64,000 nucleotides of DNA from Armatimonadota bacterium (GCA_013314775.1 JABUFB010000008.1:725036-789035); one strand, 5' to 3'; counted from the stretch's first letter, positions 37,859 to 47,240 are shown. Notes: generated from the letters alone by a model not told the origin. Numbers and translations are program-made.

Positions 37859-39502
37859 TTACATTCGCCCCGGCGCCCCGGTGCCCTCCACGAACTGCCG
37901 CAAACCCTCGCAGATGGCCACGGCAGCCCTCTCGCGGGTCGTGTCCTGCTGCAAGAGGGCTTCCTCCGTGTCGCTGTTCAGAAACATCAGCTCCACGAGC
38001 ACTGCGGGCATTCGGGTCTCGCGGATGACCACGAACCGGGCCTGCTTCAAGCCGCGGTCAGGTCGCTTGAGCGCCGCAACCAGAGATTGCTGCATAATCA
38101 TACCCAGGCACTTGCTGGCCTGGCGATAGTAGAAGGTCTCGGTGCCAATACCCTCGTTCCGCCGGGGCATGGCATTGCAATGAATGCTGACAAACATGTC
38201 CGCCCCGAGGCGGTTGGCAAAACCAGCGCGGTCATAGAGATCCACAAAACGGTCATCATCCCGGGTCATGCGAGCAAGCACACCACGGCTGCGCAGAATC
38301 CGCGCTGCTCGTTGGGCCACGTCGAGAGTGACTTCCTTCTCCTTGAGCACCTTGCCCGAAGCGCCGTTGTCCTTGCCACCGTGCCCGGCGTCGAGAACTA
38401 CCCGCTTCCCTTCCAGCTGCTCGCGCCGGAAGACAATCTCCAAACCCGCGGGAGCGATGGGGTTCACGTCGAACTGGATCAGTTCGCGCAGGTTGAGGGT
38501 GAGGGTGGTCTGCGGCGGGTCTCCGTCCTGGTCCACGGTCACCGACTCGACGAACTCGCCGAACATGGGCAGATCGCGTTCGCTAGTGCCGGATCGCGTG
38601 TCGGCAAAACTCACGGTGATGCGCACCGGCCGCATGTGCAGGTCCCAGTTTGGGGTCACAGGCCAGTCCGTGAGAATGCGCAGCCGCTCGGAGTCGTCCG
38701 TGCCTTGCACAAGCGTCACGTCGGTAATCGCCGGGAAACGGCGCTTGACGACGGGCGCATTGTCCGACGGGCTGCCGATGATCATTATCCCGCCATACCC
38801 GCCTGCCGCCGGCTCCCAGCGGCCCGGTTGGTCGCTCCCGAGATCGGCAACCACTCTAGCGGTCGGCGGCTGAGGAACCGGTACTCCCAGGCGCACCCTG
38901 GCAAGCGGGCCGGTGTGGATATACTGGATCATCGGCACGTCAGGGGCAATCTCGGCGCCGCGCAGGTCAACATAGAAGCGGGTGGGGGCAGCCATGCGTT
39001 CGGTATTTCCCGTCACCGGCGCGGAGCAGTCCAAACGGATTCGCGCACCGCGCGCATCCGCACGCACTTCCACTTGAGTCAGGACCGCATTGGCCAGCAC
39101 GAATGCGTCGCCCTTCTTCCAGCGGAAGGAGAGGCCGAGAGCCGTGAGCACTGGTTCAAGAGGTCCGTAGCAGGTGCCCTGGCGCAGTTCGATCTTGCGC
39201 GGAAGCACGCGGGGATTGCCGGCAATCTGAGCGGTGGCGCTGCCGACTGCGAGCTTCACGCTCTGCCCGCGCGCCGTGGTCAGGGTAAGTGTCTGCTCAG
39301 CCTTGTTCCAGTCCGCGCGCGCGGAAGCCAGTCGGGCAGCATCAGCGAGTGGGCCGCAGACAACGCCGTCCAGAACCAGCGCTGCCGGGCCGCTATCCAG
39401 GGCCCGGCCGCATATAACAACGCCCACCGGCTCCTGCGCCACGCAGACGCCGGCGAAAATGATCGTTCCGAGGACCCACACGCCACCAAGACGGCTACCC
39501 AT
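37859..39502 (-). CDS. N-acetylmuramoyl-L-alanine amidase (Amidase_3, AmiC-like) with N-terminal AMIN-type domains and a signal peptide
   Basis: C-terminal VVLDAGHGGKDNGASG...FVSIHCNA... Amidase_3 motifs. N-terminal signal peptide MGSRLGGVWVLGTIIFAGVCVAQEP. Confidence 0.85.
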   Translation of the reverse strand: MGSRLGGVWVLGTIIFAGVCVAQEPVGVVICGRALDSGPAALVLDGVVCGPLADAARLASARADWNKAEQTLTLTTARGQSVKLAVGSATAQIAGNPRVLPRKIELRQGTCYGPLEPVLTALGLSFRWKKGDAFVLANAVLTQVEVRADARGARIRLDCSAPVTGNTERMAAPTRFYVDLRGAEIAPDVPMIQYIHTGPLARVRLGVPVPQPPTARVVADLGSDQPGRWEPAAGGYGGIMIIGSPSDNAPVVKRRFPAITDVTLVQGTDDSERLRILTDWPVTPNWDLHMRPVRITVSFADTRSGTSERDLPMFGEFVESVTVDQDGDPPQTTLTLNLRELIQFDVNPIAPAGLEIVFRREQLEGKRVVLDAGHGGKDNGASGKVLKEKEVTLDVAQRAARILRSRGVLARMTRDDDRFVDLYDRAGFANRLGADMFVSIHCNAMPRRNEGIGTETFYYRQASKCLGMIMQQSLVAALKRPDRGLKQARFVVIRETRMPAVLVELMFLNSDTEEALLQQDTTRERAAVAICEGLRQFVEGTGAPGRM

Positions 39503-39604
39503 CGGCTACCCAGTCCCGTGTTGCGGTCTGTGATGCAGGCTTCGATGCGATATCACGGGGCCGAGACTGCCGCCACAGCGCGCGGCGATCCCGGACAAGC
39601 ACAC

Positions 39605-39626
39605 TAAAAGGCCCGGCATAACCGGG
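39605..39626 (-). terminator. Intrinsic terminator for ssrA (GCCCGG-TTATG-CCGGGC followed by CTTTTAG on the minus strand)
   Basis: Hairpin plus a T-run immediately 3' of the tmRNA CCA end. Confidence 0.6.
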
Positions 39627-39643
39627 CAGATCCACCGTGTTGG

Positions 39644-39990
39644 TTGGTGGAGGCGGCGGGAATCGAACCCGCGTCCGAAGAGAGGAACGACACTGCGTCT
39701 ACGAGCGTAGCGGCCGATTCGATCTCGCCGTGGCTTCCCTGGTCGCCCGGTATCCCCGGCCAGCCCGAATTTGGTTCCCGCGTCCCTTAGCGGGCGTTTG
39801 GGACGTCGGTATCCAACCCAGTTGATGTCTCATCCGAAGCGGGTTGGCTCGCCCCGGGAGACATGGCTACGTTAAGCAGCCAGTGCCAGTTCGTTGTTGG
39901 CAGTTATTCTTTTCCCGCGTTTTACGAGACTCGGGGATCTCGGCTCGCAGCCTTGCCTTTCCTGTCTCCCCGTCGAAACCAATCGCCCCC
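39644..39990 (-). ncRNA. ssrA: Transfer-messenger RNA (tmRNA, SsrA), 347 nt, tag peptide (A)NNELALAA
   Basis: Minus-strand sequence GGGGGCGATTGGTTTCGACGGGG...CTCGTAAAA...AATAACT GCC AAC AAC GAA CTG GCA CTG GCT GCT TAA...GGACGCGGGTTCGATTCCCGCCGCCTCCACCA. Acceptor stem carries the G3-U pair. T-arm and encoded CCA are present. Very similar in layout to E. coli ssrA. Confidence 0.95.
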
Positions 39991-40009
39991 AAACCGCACT
40001 CACAAAGCT

Positions 40010-40038
40010 ATTATACCCCCAAGATGGGGGTGGGTCAA
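40010..40038 (-). promoter_or_regulatory. Sigma-70 promoter for ssrA (TTGACC, 17 nt, TATAAT)
   Basis: Minus-strand -35 TTGACC (plus 40033-40038), 17-nt spacer, -10 TATAAT (plus 40010-40015). About 19 nt of precursor leader precede the mature GGGGGCG 5' end. Confidence 0.7.
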
Positions 40039-40120
40039 ACATACGGCGAATGCATAGTTTATGGTGAACAGTTGATAGTGAACGGCGAGCGCAAAGGACC
40101 ACCGGAGCGCAACGGCCCGG

Positions 40121-41236
40121 TCACTTCACCCCGAACACATGCATCGTGGTCTGCCGGTACACCTGTCCCGGTCGCAGGACGACGGATGGGAACTCGGGTT
40201 TGTTGATGGAGTCCGGGTAGTGCTGGGTCTCCAGGCAGAACCCCCCGTGCTTCTGGTAGACCACGCCGCCCTTGCCCTTGAGGGTGCCGTCCAGGAAGTT
40301 CCCGGTGTACAGCTGGATGCCGGGTTCCGTCGTGTAGATCTCCATCACGCGCCCCGTGGTAATCTCCTCAACCCGCGCAGCGAAGGCCAACTTACCGCCG
40401 CCTGAATCCAGGCAGAAATTGTGGTCATATCCGCCCGGGTCGCCCGTCATCATGTCGATGTCCCGGCCAATGCGCTTGGGGCGGGTGAAGTCCAGCGGCG
40501 TGCCGGCCACGGGTGCGATCTCGCCCGTGGGAATGAGAGTGTCATCCACCGGCGTATAGTGCGAGGCCGCCAGGGTCAGGCGATGGCCGAGAATATCCCC
40601 CTTCTCCGGACCGGCCAGATTGAAGTAGCTGTGGTGCGTGAGGTTGACCGGGGTGGCCTTGTCGGTAGTGGCCCGGTAGTCGATGCGCAGGGCGTTGTCA
40701 TTGGTGAGGGTGTATGTGACGCGCACTCGCAGGTTTCCCGGGAACCCCTCTTCCCCATCTGGGCTCAGGTATTCGAAACGCACCGCCGGACCGGCGGCAG
40801 TCCGGAGCGGCGTGGCCTTCCATACCACCTTGTCAAAGCCCACAATGCCGCCATGGAGGGTGTTCGGGCCATTGTTGGCCGCAAGGAGGTACTCCTTGCC
40901 ATCCAGCGTGAACCTAGCTCCCCCAATGCGGTTCGCCACCCGGCCCACGGTTGCGCCGAAGTACGGGTGCCCGGCGAGGTACGCGTCCAGATTGTCGAAG
41001 CCCAGGACCACATCGCCCAATTTGCCTTCGCGGTCCGGTACGTGCAGTTCAGTAAGCAGCGCGCCGTAGGTCATGATCTTCGCGACCAGGCCGTTGACGT
41101 TAGTCAGGACGTACAGGTCCACGGGCTTGCCTTGCTCGGGAGTTTTCCCGAAGTCCAGGCGCTGGATGCTCGGCCTCGCGGCGAAGCTCGTGGAGATGAG
41201 AATGAGAAGGCAACTACACAACACGGTGGCGCGCAT
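40121..41236 (-). CDS. galM: Aldose 1-epimerase (galactose mutarotase family), secreted
   Basis: Signal peptide MRATVLCSCLLILISTSFA. Mutarotase motifs (NNGPNTLHGG, HHSYFNL). Confidence 0.8.
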   Translation of the reverse strand: MRATVLCSCLLILISTSFAARPSIQRLDFGKTPEQGKPVDLYVLTNVNGLVAKIMTYGALLTELHVPDREGKLGDVVLGFDNLDAYLAGHPYFGATVGRVANRIGGARFTLDGKEYLLAANNGPNTLHGGIVGFDKVVWKATPLRTAAGPAVRFEYLSPDGEEGFPGNLRVRVTYTLTNDNALRIDYRATTDKATPVNLTHHSYFNLAGPEKGDILGHRLTLAASHYTPVDDTLIPTGEIAPVAGTPLDFTRPKRIGRDIDMMTGDPGGYDHNFCLDSGGGKLAFAARVEEITTGRVMEIYTTEPGIQLYTGNFLDGTLKGKGGVVYQKHGGFCLETQHYPDSINKPEFPSVVLRPGQVYRQTTMHVFGVK

Positions 41237-41290
41237 GGTGAGGCCTCCTTCGTATCTGTGGCTGAGACTGGTCAGCGGTTCCGCTGCCCC

Positions 41291-42235
41291 TCAGTCGTCG
41301 AAACTATTGTCTTTGATGAACTGAATCAGCTCTGTCAGCGTGGTCGTCGCCAGGCAGACGCAGGTGTCCGCCGCGCCGTAGTACACCCGGAGTTCGTCGG
41401 TCTCCGGGTCGTGGGTCGCAGCCACCGGAAAGACCACGTTCGGCGTGTCGCCCACACATTCATAGAGGGCTGTGGGCGCAAGGATGTAGCGGCTGGTGCG
41501 ATAGAGCACCCTCCACGGCTCGTCAAGATCAAGAAGCGCCGCACCCGCGCTGTAGACGAAGCCATTGCAGGACGTGAGCACCCCGTGATAGATCATTACC
41601 CACCCTTCAGGGGTCTCGATGGGCACGGGTCCCGCGCCGATCTTCGTGCTCTGCCACCCGCCGCGCCGGCCCATGACGAACCGATGCTTGCCCCAGTAGA
41701 TCAGGTCTTTCGAGAAGCACAGGAAGATGTCGCCGAAGGGCGTGTGGCCCATGTCGCTGGGCCGGTGGAGCATACAGTACTCCCCATTGATCTTGCGCGG
41801 GAAAAGCACCGCATTGCGATTGCACGGCGGCAGGGCTATCTCCAGAAGCTCAAAGTCCTCGAAGTCGTCAGTCACTCCCATGCCGATGCACGGGCCGTGG
41901 TAGCCATGGCACCAAGTCACGTAGTAGCGGCCGTCAAGCTGGGTGATGCGCGGGTCATAGCCGTACTCGAAGCGCGAGAGATCACAATTGCCACAGCGCC
42001 ACCGGATCGGTTCCGGCGAAATGTGCCAGTCGATGCCGTCCTTGCTCTGGCCGGAGTGAAGCGTCATGTTCCGGGCCTGGTCGTCCACCCGGAAGACCCC
42101 CCGGTACTCGTCGCCCACCCGGATGACGCTGCTGTTCATGATGCTGTTGGAGGTGGGCGTCGCATTGCGGTGGATGATGGGGTTACCGGGATAGCGCTTC
42201 AGGAGTGGCTCGTTTGCTGGACTGAGTTCGTGCAT
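41291..42235 (-). CDS. Glycoside hydrolase family 130 (beta-mannoside / mannosylglucose phosphorylase type)
   Basis: YPGNPII..., ...FRVDDQ..., ...DPRIT...YYVTW... and YYGAADT segments characteristic of GH130 five-bladed propeller phosphorylases. Confidence 0.75.
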   Translation of the reverse strand: MHELSPANEPLLKRYPGNPIIHRNATPTSNSIMNSSVIRVGDEYRGVFRVDDQARNMTLHSGQSKDGIDWHISPEPIRWRCGNCDLSRFEYGYDPRITQLDGRYYVTWCHGYHGPCIGMGVTDDFEDFELLEIALPPCNRNAVLFPRKINGEYCMLHRPSDMGHTPFGDIFLCFSKDLIYWGKHRFVMGRRGGWQSTKIGAGPVPIETPEGWVMIYHGVLTSCNGFVYSAGAALLDLDEPWRVLYRTSRYILAPTALYECVGDTPNVVFPVAATHDPETDELRVYYGAADTCVCLATTTLTELIQFIKDNSFDD

Positions 42236-42256
42236 GGTGCCTCACCGGTGTCCGAT

Positions 42257-43531
42257 TCAATGAACGGCGTTGAACTCGCGGATCGCGTCGAACATCGCCA
42301 GCAAATTCGGGACCGGCGTGTTCGGCTGGATATTGTGGATGGTGTTGAAAACGAACCCGCCTCCAGGAGCGAAGACTTCCAGGCGCTCCAGGACCTCGGC
42401 GCGCACTTCCTCGGGCGTGCCGAAGGGCAGCGTGCGCTGGGTGTCGACTCCGCCACCCCAGAAGGTGATGCGGTCGCCGAAATCCGCCTTCAGCCCCCGC
42501 GCCTCCATGCCATCCGCAGAGCATTGGACCGGGTTCAGGATGTCAAAGCCGGCGTCGATGAAGTCTTCCAGAAGCGGGCGAATGCCGCCGCAGGAGTGGA
42601 TGAAGGTCTTCCACCGGGTGTTCGCGTGGATCCAGTCATTCACCGCGCGATGGAAGGGCTTGAACAGGTCGCGGTAGCTCTCCACCGACGCAAAGGGCCC
42701 GCGCTGGGTCCCGAAGTCGGTCCCGGTAACCATTGCGACCTGCACGGCGTCACCAACCACCGCGGCGATGCGCTCGAGGTTGCGAAGGGCGATTTCGCAC
42801 TGTCTGGCGAAAACGATCTTCACATAGTCGCGGCGGGCGACCGTGGATATGTACCATTCCTCCACGTCGCGGATTCCCTTCGGATGCTTCAGGAAAGGCG
42901 CAGGGACAAGGGCAATGTCACCGAATCCAGTGCCGCCGAAATTGGCGACCACTGCCCGGTCTGACGCATCCAGGTCTGCAGCCAGAGTGCTGTAGCGCGC
43001 CAGTTCACCCTCAGTGACCGGCTGAAACTCCTCCAGATTGTCTTCAGGGTCCAGGCTCGCGTCGTCAATCGGCTCCTGTCGAATAATGCTGTCGAAGTAG
43101 AAGCCGCCCGCGGGCATCCGGCCACTGGGCGGCACAGTCTGGTCGCCGCCAGGGTACTGGAGCAGATCGCCGTTGGGTTCGGGCTGGGTGTTGAAGCCTC
43201 CCGGAACGAGGACCGGCGTCCCGTCCGGCATGTCCCAGGGCTTCCAGTCCTCGGCGGGGTACCCGAAGAGGGTGTCCTTCCCGCCGATGCCCACGGTGTC
43301 GATGCCCAGAGCTTCGCGCAGATCATCGGTGACTTCGCCCAGCATCTGGTACGGCTCGATCACCCGTACGCGATCACCGGGCTTGTCAAGACCCAGCGCC
43401 AGGCGCAGCTTCGACAGCGTAGACGCAGAGATGCCCGAGACCGGCGTGGCGCCGATGTCCAGGGGCACGCGGTCAGGCTCGCGATGGTCGATTGCCGCAA
43501 GGACTCTCTCGCGGGAGGTCATGTCGCCCAC
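42257..43531 (-). CDS. Uroporphyrinogen-decarboxylase (URO-D)-family protein of unknown substrate
   Basis: Length and layout match the UroD/MtaA-like TIM-barrel family (VPLDIGATP..., GGFVFNTIHNIQPNTP...). It sits among carbohydrate-related genes. Confidence 0.55.
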   Translation of the reverse strand: MGDMTSRERVLAAIDHREPDRVPLDIGATPVSGISASTLSKLRLALGLDKPGDRVRVIEPYQMLGEVTDDLREALGIDTVGIGGKDTLFGYPAEDWKPWDMPDGTPVLVPGGFNTQPEPNGDLLQYPGGDQTVPPSGRMPAGGFYFDSIIRQEPIDDASLDPEDNLEEFQPVTEGELARYSTLAADLDASDRAVVANFGGTGFGDIALVPAPFLKHPKGIRDVEEWYISTVARRDYVKIVFARQCEIALRNLERIAAVVGDAVQVAMVTGTDFGTQRGPFASVESYRDLFKPFHRAVNDWIHANTRWKTFIHSCGGIRPLLEDFIDAGFDILNPVQCSADGMEARGLKADFGDRITFWGGGVDTQRTLPFGTPEEVRAEVLERLEVFAPGGGFVFNTIHNIQPNTPVPNLLAMFDAIREFNAVH

Positions 43532-43542
43532 CTCGGGTCAAG

Positions 43543-44469
43543 TCACGGGAAGAGCACGTCGGCTTCTTCCTTGACGATGCGCTTGATGTCCTGCTCGCAC
43601 TCGGGCGTCAGCGGGTAGCGCAGGAAATGCCGCCAGGTGCTGAAGATGCCCATCTCCACGAGAAGCCGCTTCTGCCCGGCCAGCCAGCACGCGATGCTCT
43701 CGCCCCCGAAAACCGCGTACATCATGGTGTTCATGCGCTCCTGCAAGGCATTCGCAGTGGTCAGATCGCCGGACTTCACCGCCTGCATGATGAGCCCCGC
43801 CAGGTAGCCGTTGAAGATTCCGCCGCCCAGCAGGAGTCCGTCGTAGCCGGCCGCCAGGTAATCCACGCACTTGAACTCGTTCCCGTTGAGCAGAAGCAGG
43901 TCTGGGCGCTTGCGGCGGGCTTCGAGAGCGATCTTCCGGCGGCCGTCATCCGAAGAGCTGTCCTTGACGAGGACCACATTGTCTTCGGCGTAGATGTTGG
44001 CCAGGACTTCATCCGGGACCACCACAGCTCCGAGCTTGCCACGGTCGTAGACGCCTACTGGCAAGGAGCTGTCACGGATCGCTTCCTGATACAGAGCGAG
44101 AATGTTGTCCGGCGTTGCGTTCAGGAGGAAGTAGGGCGGCGCGATAACCGCCACGTCCGCGCCGTCCTCGGCAGCCATCGCGATGTTGTCGAGGATCCGC
44201 GCAGAGGAGTTGTCGGTGACCTGCACCGCGATTACCAGCCGTCCCGCAGAAGCCTTCACGGTGGCTCTGACCAACGCACGGCGGGTCGAATCGGGCATCC
44301 AGGCGCCTTCACCGCAAGTCCCTGCGAGGAACAGGCCTTTCACCCCCAGGCGCAAATGGTGCTCCACCATGCGCTCCACCGAGGCTTCGTCCAGCGTCAT
44401 GTCGTCATTGAAAGGCGTGGGCGTCGCCGACCACACTCCGGCAAGTTTGTCACGGCTCAGCGCGGCCAT
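43543..44469 (-). CDS. Dihydrodipicolinate-synthase / N-acetylneuraminate-lyase family (DapA-like) aldolase
   Basis: TPF.DD...GLFLAGTCGE..., active-site Lys region VLVKDSS. Typical class-I aldolase DapA/NAL family. Confidence 0.75.
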   Translation of the reverse strand: MAALSRDKLAGVWSATPTPFNDDMTLDEASVERMVEHHLRLGVKGLFLAGTCGEGAWMPDSTRRALVRATVKASAGRLVIAVQVTDNSSARILDNIAMAAEDGADVAVIAPPYFLLNATPDNILALYQEAIRDSSLPVGVYDRGKLGAVVVPDEVLANIYAEDNVVLVKDSSSDDGRRKIALEARRKRPDLLLLNGNEFKCVDYLAAGYDGLLLGGGIFNGYLAGLIMQAVKSGDLTTANALQERMNTMMYAVFGGESIACWLAGQKRLLVEMGIFSTWRHFLRYPLTPECEQDIKRIVKEEADVLFP

Positions 44470-44552
44470 AGTGTGTCTCCCTGTCTGTTGTTGACTACCC
44501 GTGAGGGAGATTCTCCCTTTGCTTCCGGGTTCCTTTGTCCCTGCCTTCGGCC

Positions 44553-46475
44553 TCAGAGCTGGTTCTGCTCCCAGGGATTGTCCGGCGGCGGCGCTGGTCG
44601 ATTCAGTCTTCGGAGCAGGTCCTCTATGTCCCGTTCATCCCCCGGCCGGTCCAGGTCCATCGCGAGTTCGGGGCGGTCCAGGATCATCAGTTCGCAGCGC
44701 GCGGCACCGGTCATCCGTTCCAGAAGGCGCGCAAGCGCGGATATGCTCGTGCCGGCCCGCGGGCTGACAAACCCGACCAGGAAGCGGAGCAGAAACCCCG
44801 GCCCGGCGAGTGAGGCGGCAAGCCACGGGCGCCTGCGCAGGACCAGAAACTGCTCCAGAGCGCCACGGAACTCGGCCGCCGCGTCCGGCCGCACCAGCGC
44901 GACGCCGGTGTGGGTCACCCAGCCTTCTTTCACAGGCAGCCAGGCCCAGTGGCGCTCCGGGGCCACCATCTCCGCGGAATCCCGCGACACCAGGGGGAGA
45001 CACAGCTCGGCGTCGCCCGAGCAATGCGCCAGGAACTCGCAGAGCGCCGCGGGAGTGACCGCAGGCAGGTCGCAGGTGACCACCAGGACCCGACGGTGTG
45101 TGCCTATGTCCTCGATGGCGCCCAGCAGGTTCGCGGTGAGCCCCGGCCGTTCTACGATGAGCCGGTCCGCCTTGCCCTCGCCGACCATCTCCCCCAGCAG
45201 GTCATCCGGACCGGCGATGGTGATGCTCTGGACATTGGGCACTTTTCGCAGGGCGTCTATGATGTGGGCGATGCTCGGCTTGCCCAGGATCGGTATCAGC
45301 GCCTTGTGCCCCCAACCGGTCCATTCGGCGAGATCGCGGCCCGAGCTTCCACCGGCGAGGATCAGAGCATCCACATGCTCGCGCGACTCCTGCGGGGTCT
45401 GGCACGCCGCAGAGACGGCAGCGCCCGGGACACGTCTGGTGGAAGGCTCCAGCCAGACCCGCTCGGCCCGACGCTGCGCAACGCCCGTGAGCTTGTCGTC
45501 CTCCAGTAGTCCACGGCGCCGCAGCATGACGTGCTCGAACCCTACGGCGATATGCGCGCCAAACAGGAGCGTCTGGGAGCCGATGAAGGACCACAGTGAG
45601 AAAACGACGACGCCGGTGAGGCCACCGTAGATCGTGCCGAACTGCTGTGACTGAGCGATAATGCTGGTGAATATGTGAGAGACAAGGAGCCACAAAACCG
45701 TCGCGCCCAGTGAGCCCGCCAACACTGCCTGATTAGGGACGCGCTGGACAGGCATGAGCTTGTACACAAGGGCGAACGCCACCCAGACCAGCAAGATCTG
45801 GACGGCCTCCACGAACCATGGCTGAGCGGCGTCCAGAATTGCTGGATTGATCTCCGGGAACTGCAGCAGCCACGTTCGCACCGAGGCCCACAGGGCGTTG
45901 AGAAGCATGAAGCTCCCCAGGAGCAGTCCTGCCACCACCATGCTGTTGAACGCCACCAGCTTCCGGGTGAGGTATCCGCGCGTGATCTTCCCCGGCCAGA
46001 CCTCTGTCAGGCTGCGCTCCAGGGTTTCGAAGAGGCGAATTGCGGCCCAGATCACGGTAACGAGACTTGCGGCGAAGGCAAGATACGCATTGCCCTGCCC
46101 CACGAGTCCGTATGCATCCCCCGAACCCATGGTGCCGATGGGATTTGCAAGCAGCCCCTCGACCATGGGGATGATCCGGTCAGCGGCATTTGGGCCAAGC
46201 TCCCGCGCCGCCTCGCGGATGCGTTCGTACACATCAGTCCCGGGGCCCAGGAGCATCTGCAGCCCGGCGGCGAGGAGCACGGCCAGCGGACCCAGGCAGA
46301 TCAGGGAGTAAAAGGCCACCGCAGCGGCCATGAAATGGGTGCCCGTGAAGTAGAAGCGCAGGTATGCGATCCTGGCAATGCGCAGCCAGAGCACCGCGAT
46401 GCGCAGCGGCGCCCGGGCAACCCGGACAGCCAGTTTCTCCGGTTCAGGGTCTGTCATGTCGCCTTCTCTCAGCAT
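44553..46475 (-). CDS. Fusion protein: N-terminal YihY/BrkB-family integral membrane domain (formerly called RNase BN-like) plus C-terminal MobA-like nucleotidyltransferase (NTP_transf_3) domain
   Basis: N-terminal roughly 330 aa with YihY signatures (YLRFYFTGTHFMAAAVAFYSLICLGPLAVL..., multiple TM helices). C-terminal ALILAGGSSGRDLAEWTGWGHKALIPILGKPSIAHIIDAL...VLVVTCDLP, typical of MobA/MocA-like nucleotidyltransferases. Confidence 0.7.
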   Translation of the reverse strand: MLREGDMTDPEPEKLAVRVARAPLRIAVLWLRIARIAYLRFYFTGTHFMAAAVAFYSLICLGPLAVLLAAGLQMLLGPGTDVYERIREAARELGPNAADRIIPMVEGLLANPIGTMGSGDAYGLVGQGNAYLAFAASLVTVIWAAIRLFETLERSLTEVWPGKITRGYLTRKLVAFNSMVVAGLLLGSFMLLNALWASVRTWLLQFPEINPAILDAAQPWFVEAVQILLVWVAFALVYKLMPVQRVPNQAVLAGSLGATVLWLLVSHIFTSIIAQSQQFGTIYGGLTGVVVFSLWSFIGSQTLLFGAHIAVGFEHVMLRRRGLLEDDKLTGVAQRRAERVWLEPSTRRVPGAAVSAACQTPQESREHVDALILAGGSSGRDLAEWTGWGHKALIPILGKPSIAHIIDALRKVPNVQSITIAGPDDLLGEMVGEGKADRLIVERPGLTANLLGAIEDIGTHRRVLVVTCDLPAVTPAALCEFLAHCSGDAELCLPLVSRDSAEMVAPERHWAWLPVKEGWVTHTGVALVRPDAAAEFRGALEQFLVLRRRPWLAASLAGPGFLLRFLVGFVSPRAGTSISALARLLERMTGAARCELMILDRPELAMDLDRPGDERDIEDLLRRLNRPAPPPDNPWEQNQL

Positions 46476-46527
46476 GGCGGCCGGCAGAGGATATGCGAAA
46501 AACGGAGCGCTGTTCCCGCTTCTCTTA

Positions 46528-47061
46528 CTACCGCAGCTTCGCGAGCGAGCGGATCAGGTCCAGGTCCAGCTCGCCTTTCTGCCCCCAGCCCTTCTTGCCT
46601 GACGCGATCTGTGGCCGGAAACGCTCATACAGCTCATAGCCTGCCTCCGCGAGGGCTTCTGGTTCCAGGGAGTCCGCGAGCGCACGCATGGCGTCGCGCA
46701 CCCGGTCGAGGTCCGCGCCGAATTTGTTCTGAAGATATGTGCGGACCTTCTCTGGATCAATGGCCTCGTCCTTGACCACAGCTCGCAAGCCTGCGTCTGT
46801 GTTTTTGGCAGGGACCGGCCTGCCAAGGACCTCCACCCAGAACTCCTCGCCGAGACCCTTCTTCTTTGGTTTGCCCTCTTCATCCAGGTGCCTCGGGGGG
46901 CCGAAAACGCCCAGGCTCCGGCCCTTGGACTGGGCGTTGAGGCCCGCCAGGGCTTTCCCGAGGGTGAGCGCCGCATCCTCGTCGTGCCCAAGGCGTTCGC
47001 ACACCACTGCGGCCCAGAGCGCAAGAACGGGGGCCCTGTTGATCTGCACCGTGTCAGCCAT
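46528..47061 (-). CDS. Hypothetical protein (177 aa, charged, no recognised domain)
   Basis: ORF with plausible codon usage, tightly spaced after the upstream gene. No homology recognised from the sequence alone. Confidence 0.4.
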   Translation of the reverse strand: MADTVQINRAPVLALWAAVVCERLGHDEDAALTLGKALAGLNAQSKGRSLGVFGPPRHLDEEGKPKKKGLGEEFWVEVLGRPVPAKNTDAGLRAVVKDEAIDPEKVRTYLQNKFGADLDRVRDAMRALADSLEPEALAEAGYELYERFRPQIASGKKGWGQKGELDLDLIRSLAKLR

Positions 47062-47240
47062 TCACCACACCTCCATGACAACAGTTCGCCCGGGAAGAGA
47101 CCATCGCCTGCATGCCCCGCTGAAGGGATTACTGCTCGGGAGCGGAACCTGTCTCCGGCAGACAGCTGTACCGCTGCCGCCGCGCCGGATACCGAACTGG
47201 TGCGGCCCGGGCAATATCGGACTTGGGAGGACTGATGCGA

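Noticed and set aside
37034-39607. Very long ORFs (857, 847, 758, 712 aa, and 300-550 aa examples) running antisense to the rph/amidase genes, to the galM-GH130-UroD block (40421-42964), to recJ and the nucleotidyltransferase (19788-22064), and to the YihY fusion (43492-45630)
   Set aside because: Their translations are Arg/Gly/Pro/Ala-rich low-complexity strings with no recognisable motifs, while the opposite strand encodes clearly recognisable, motif-bearing proteins. Long antisense ORFs are expected in high-GC DNA because stop codons are AT-rich.
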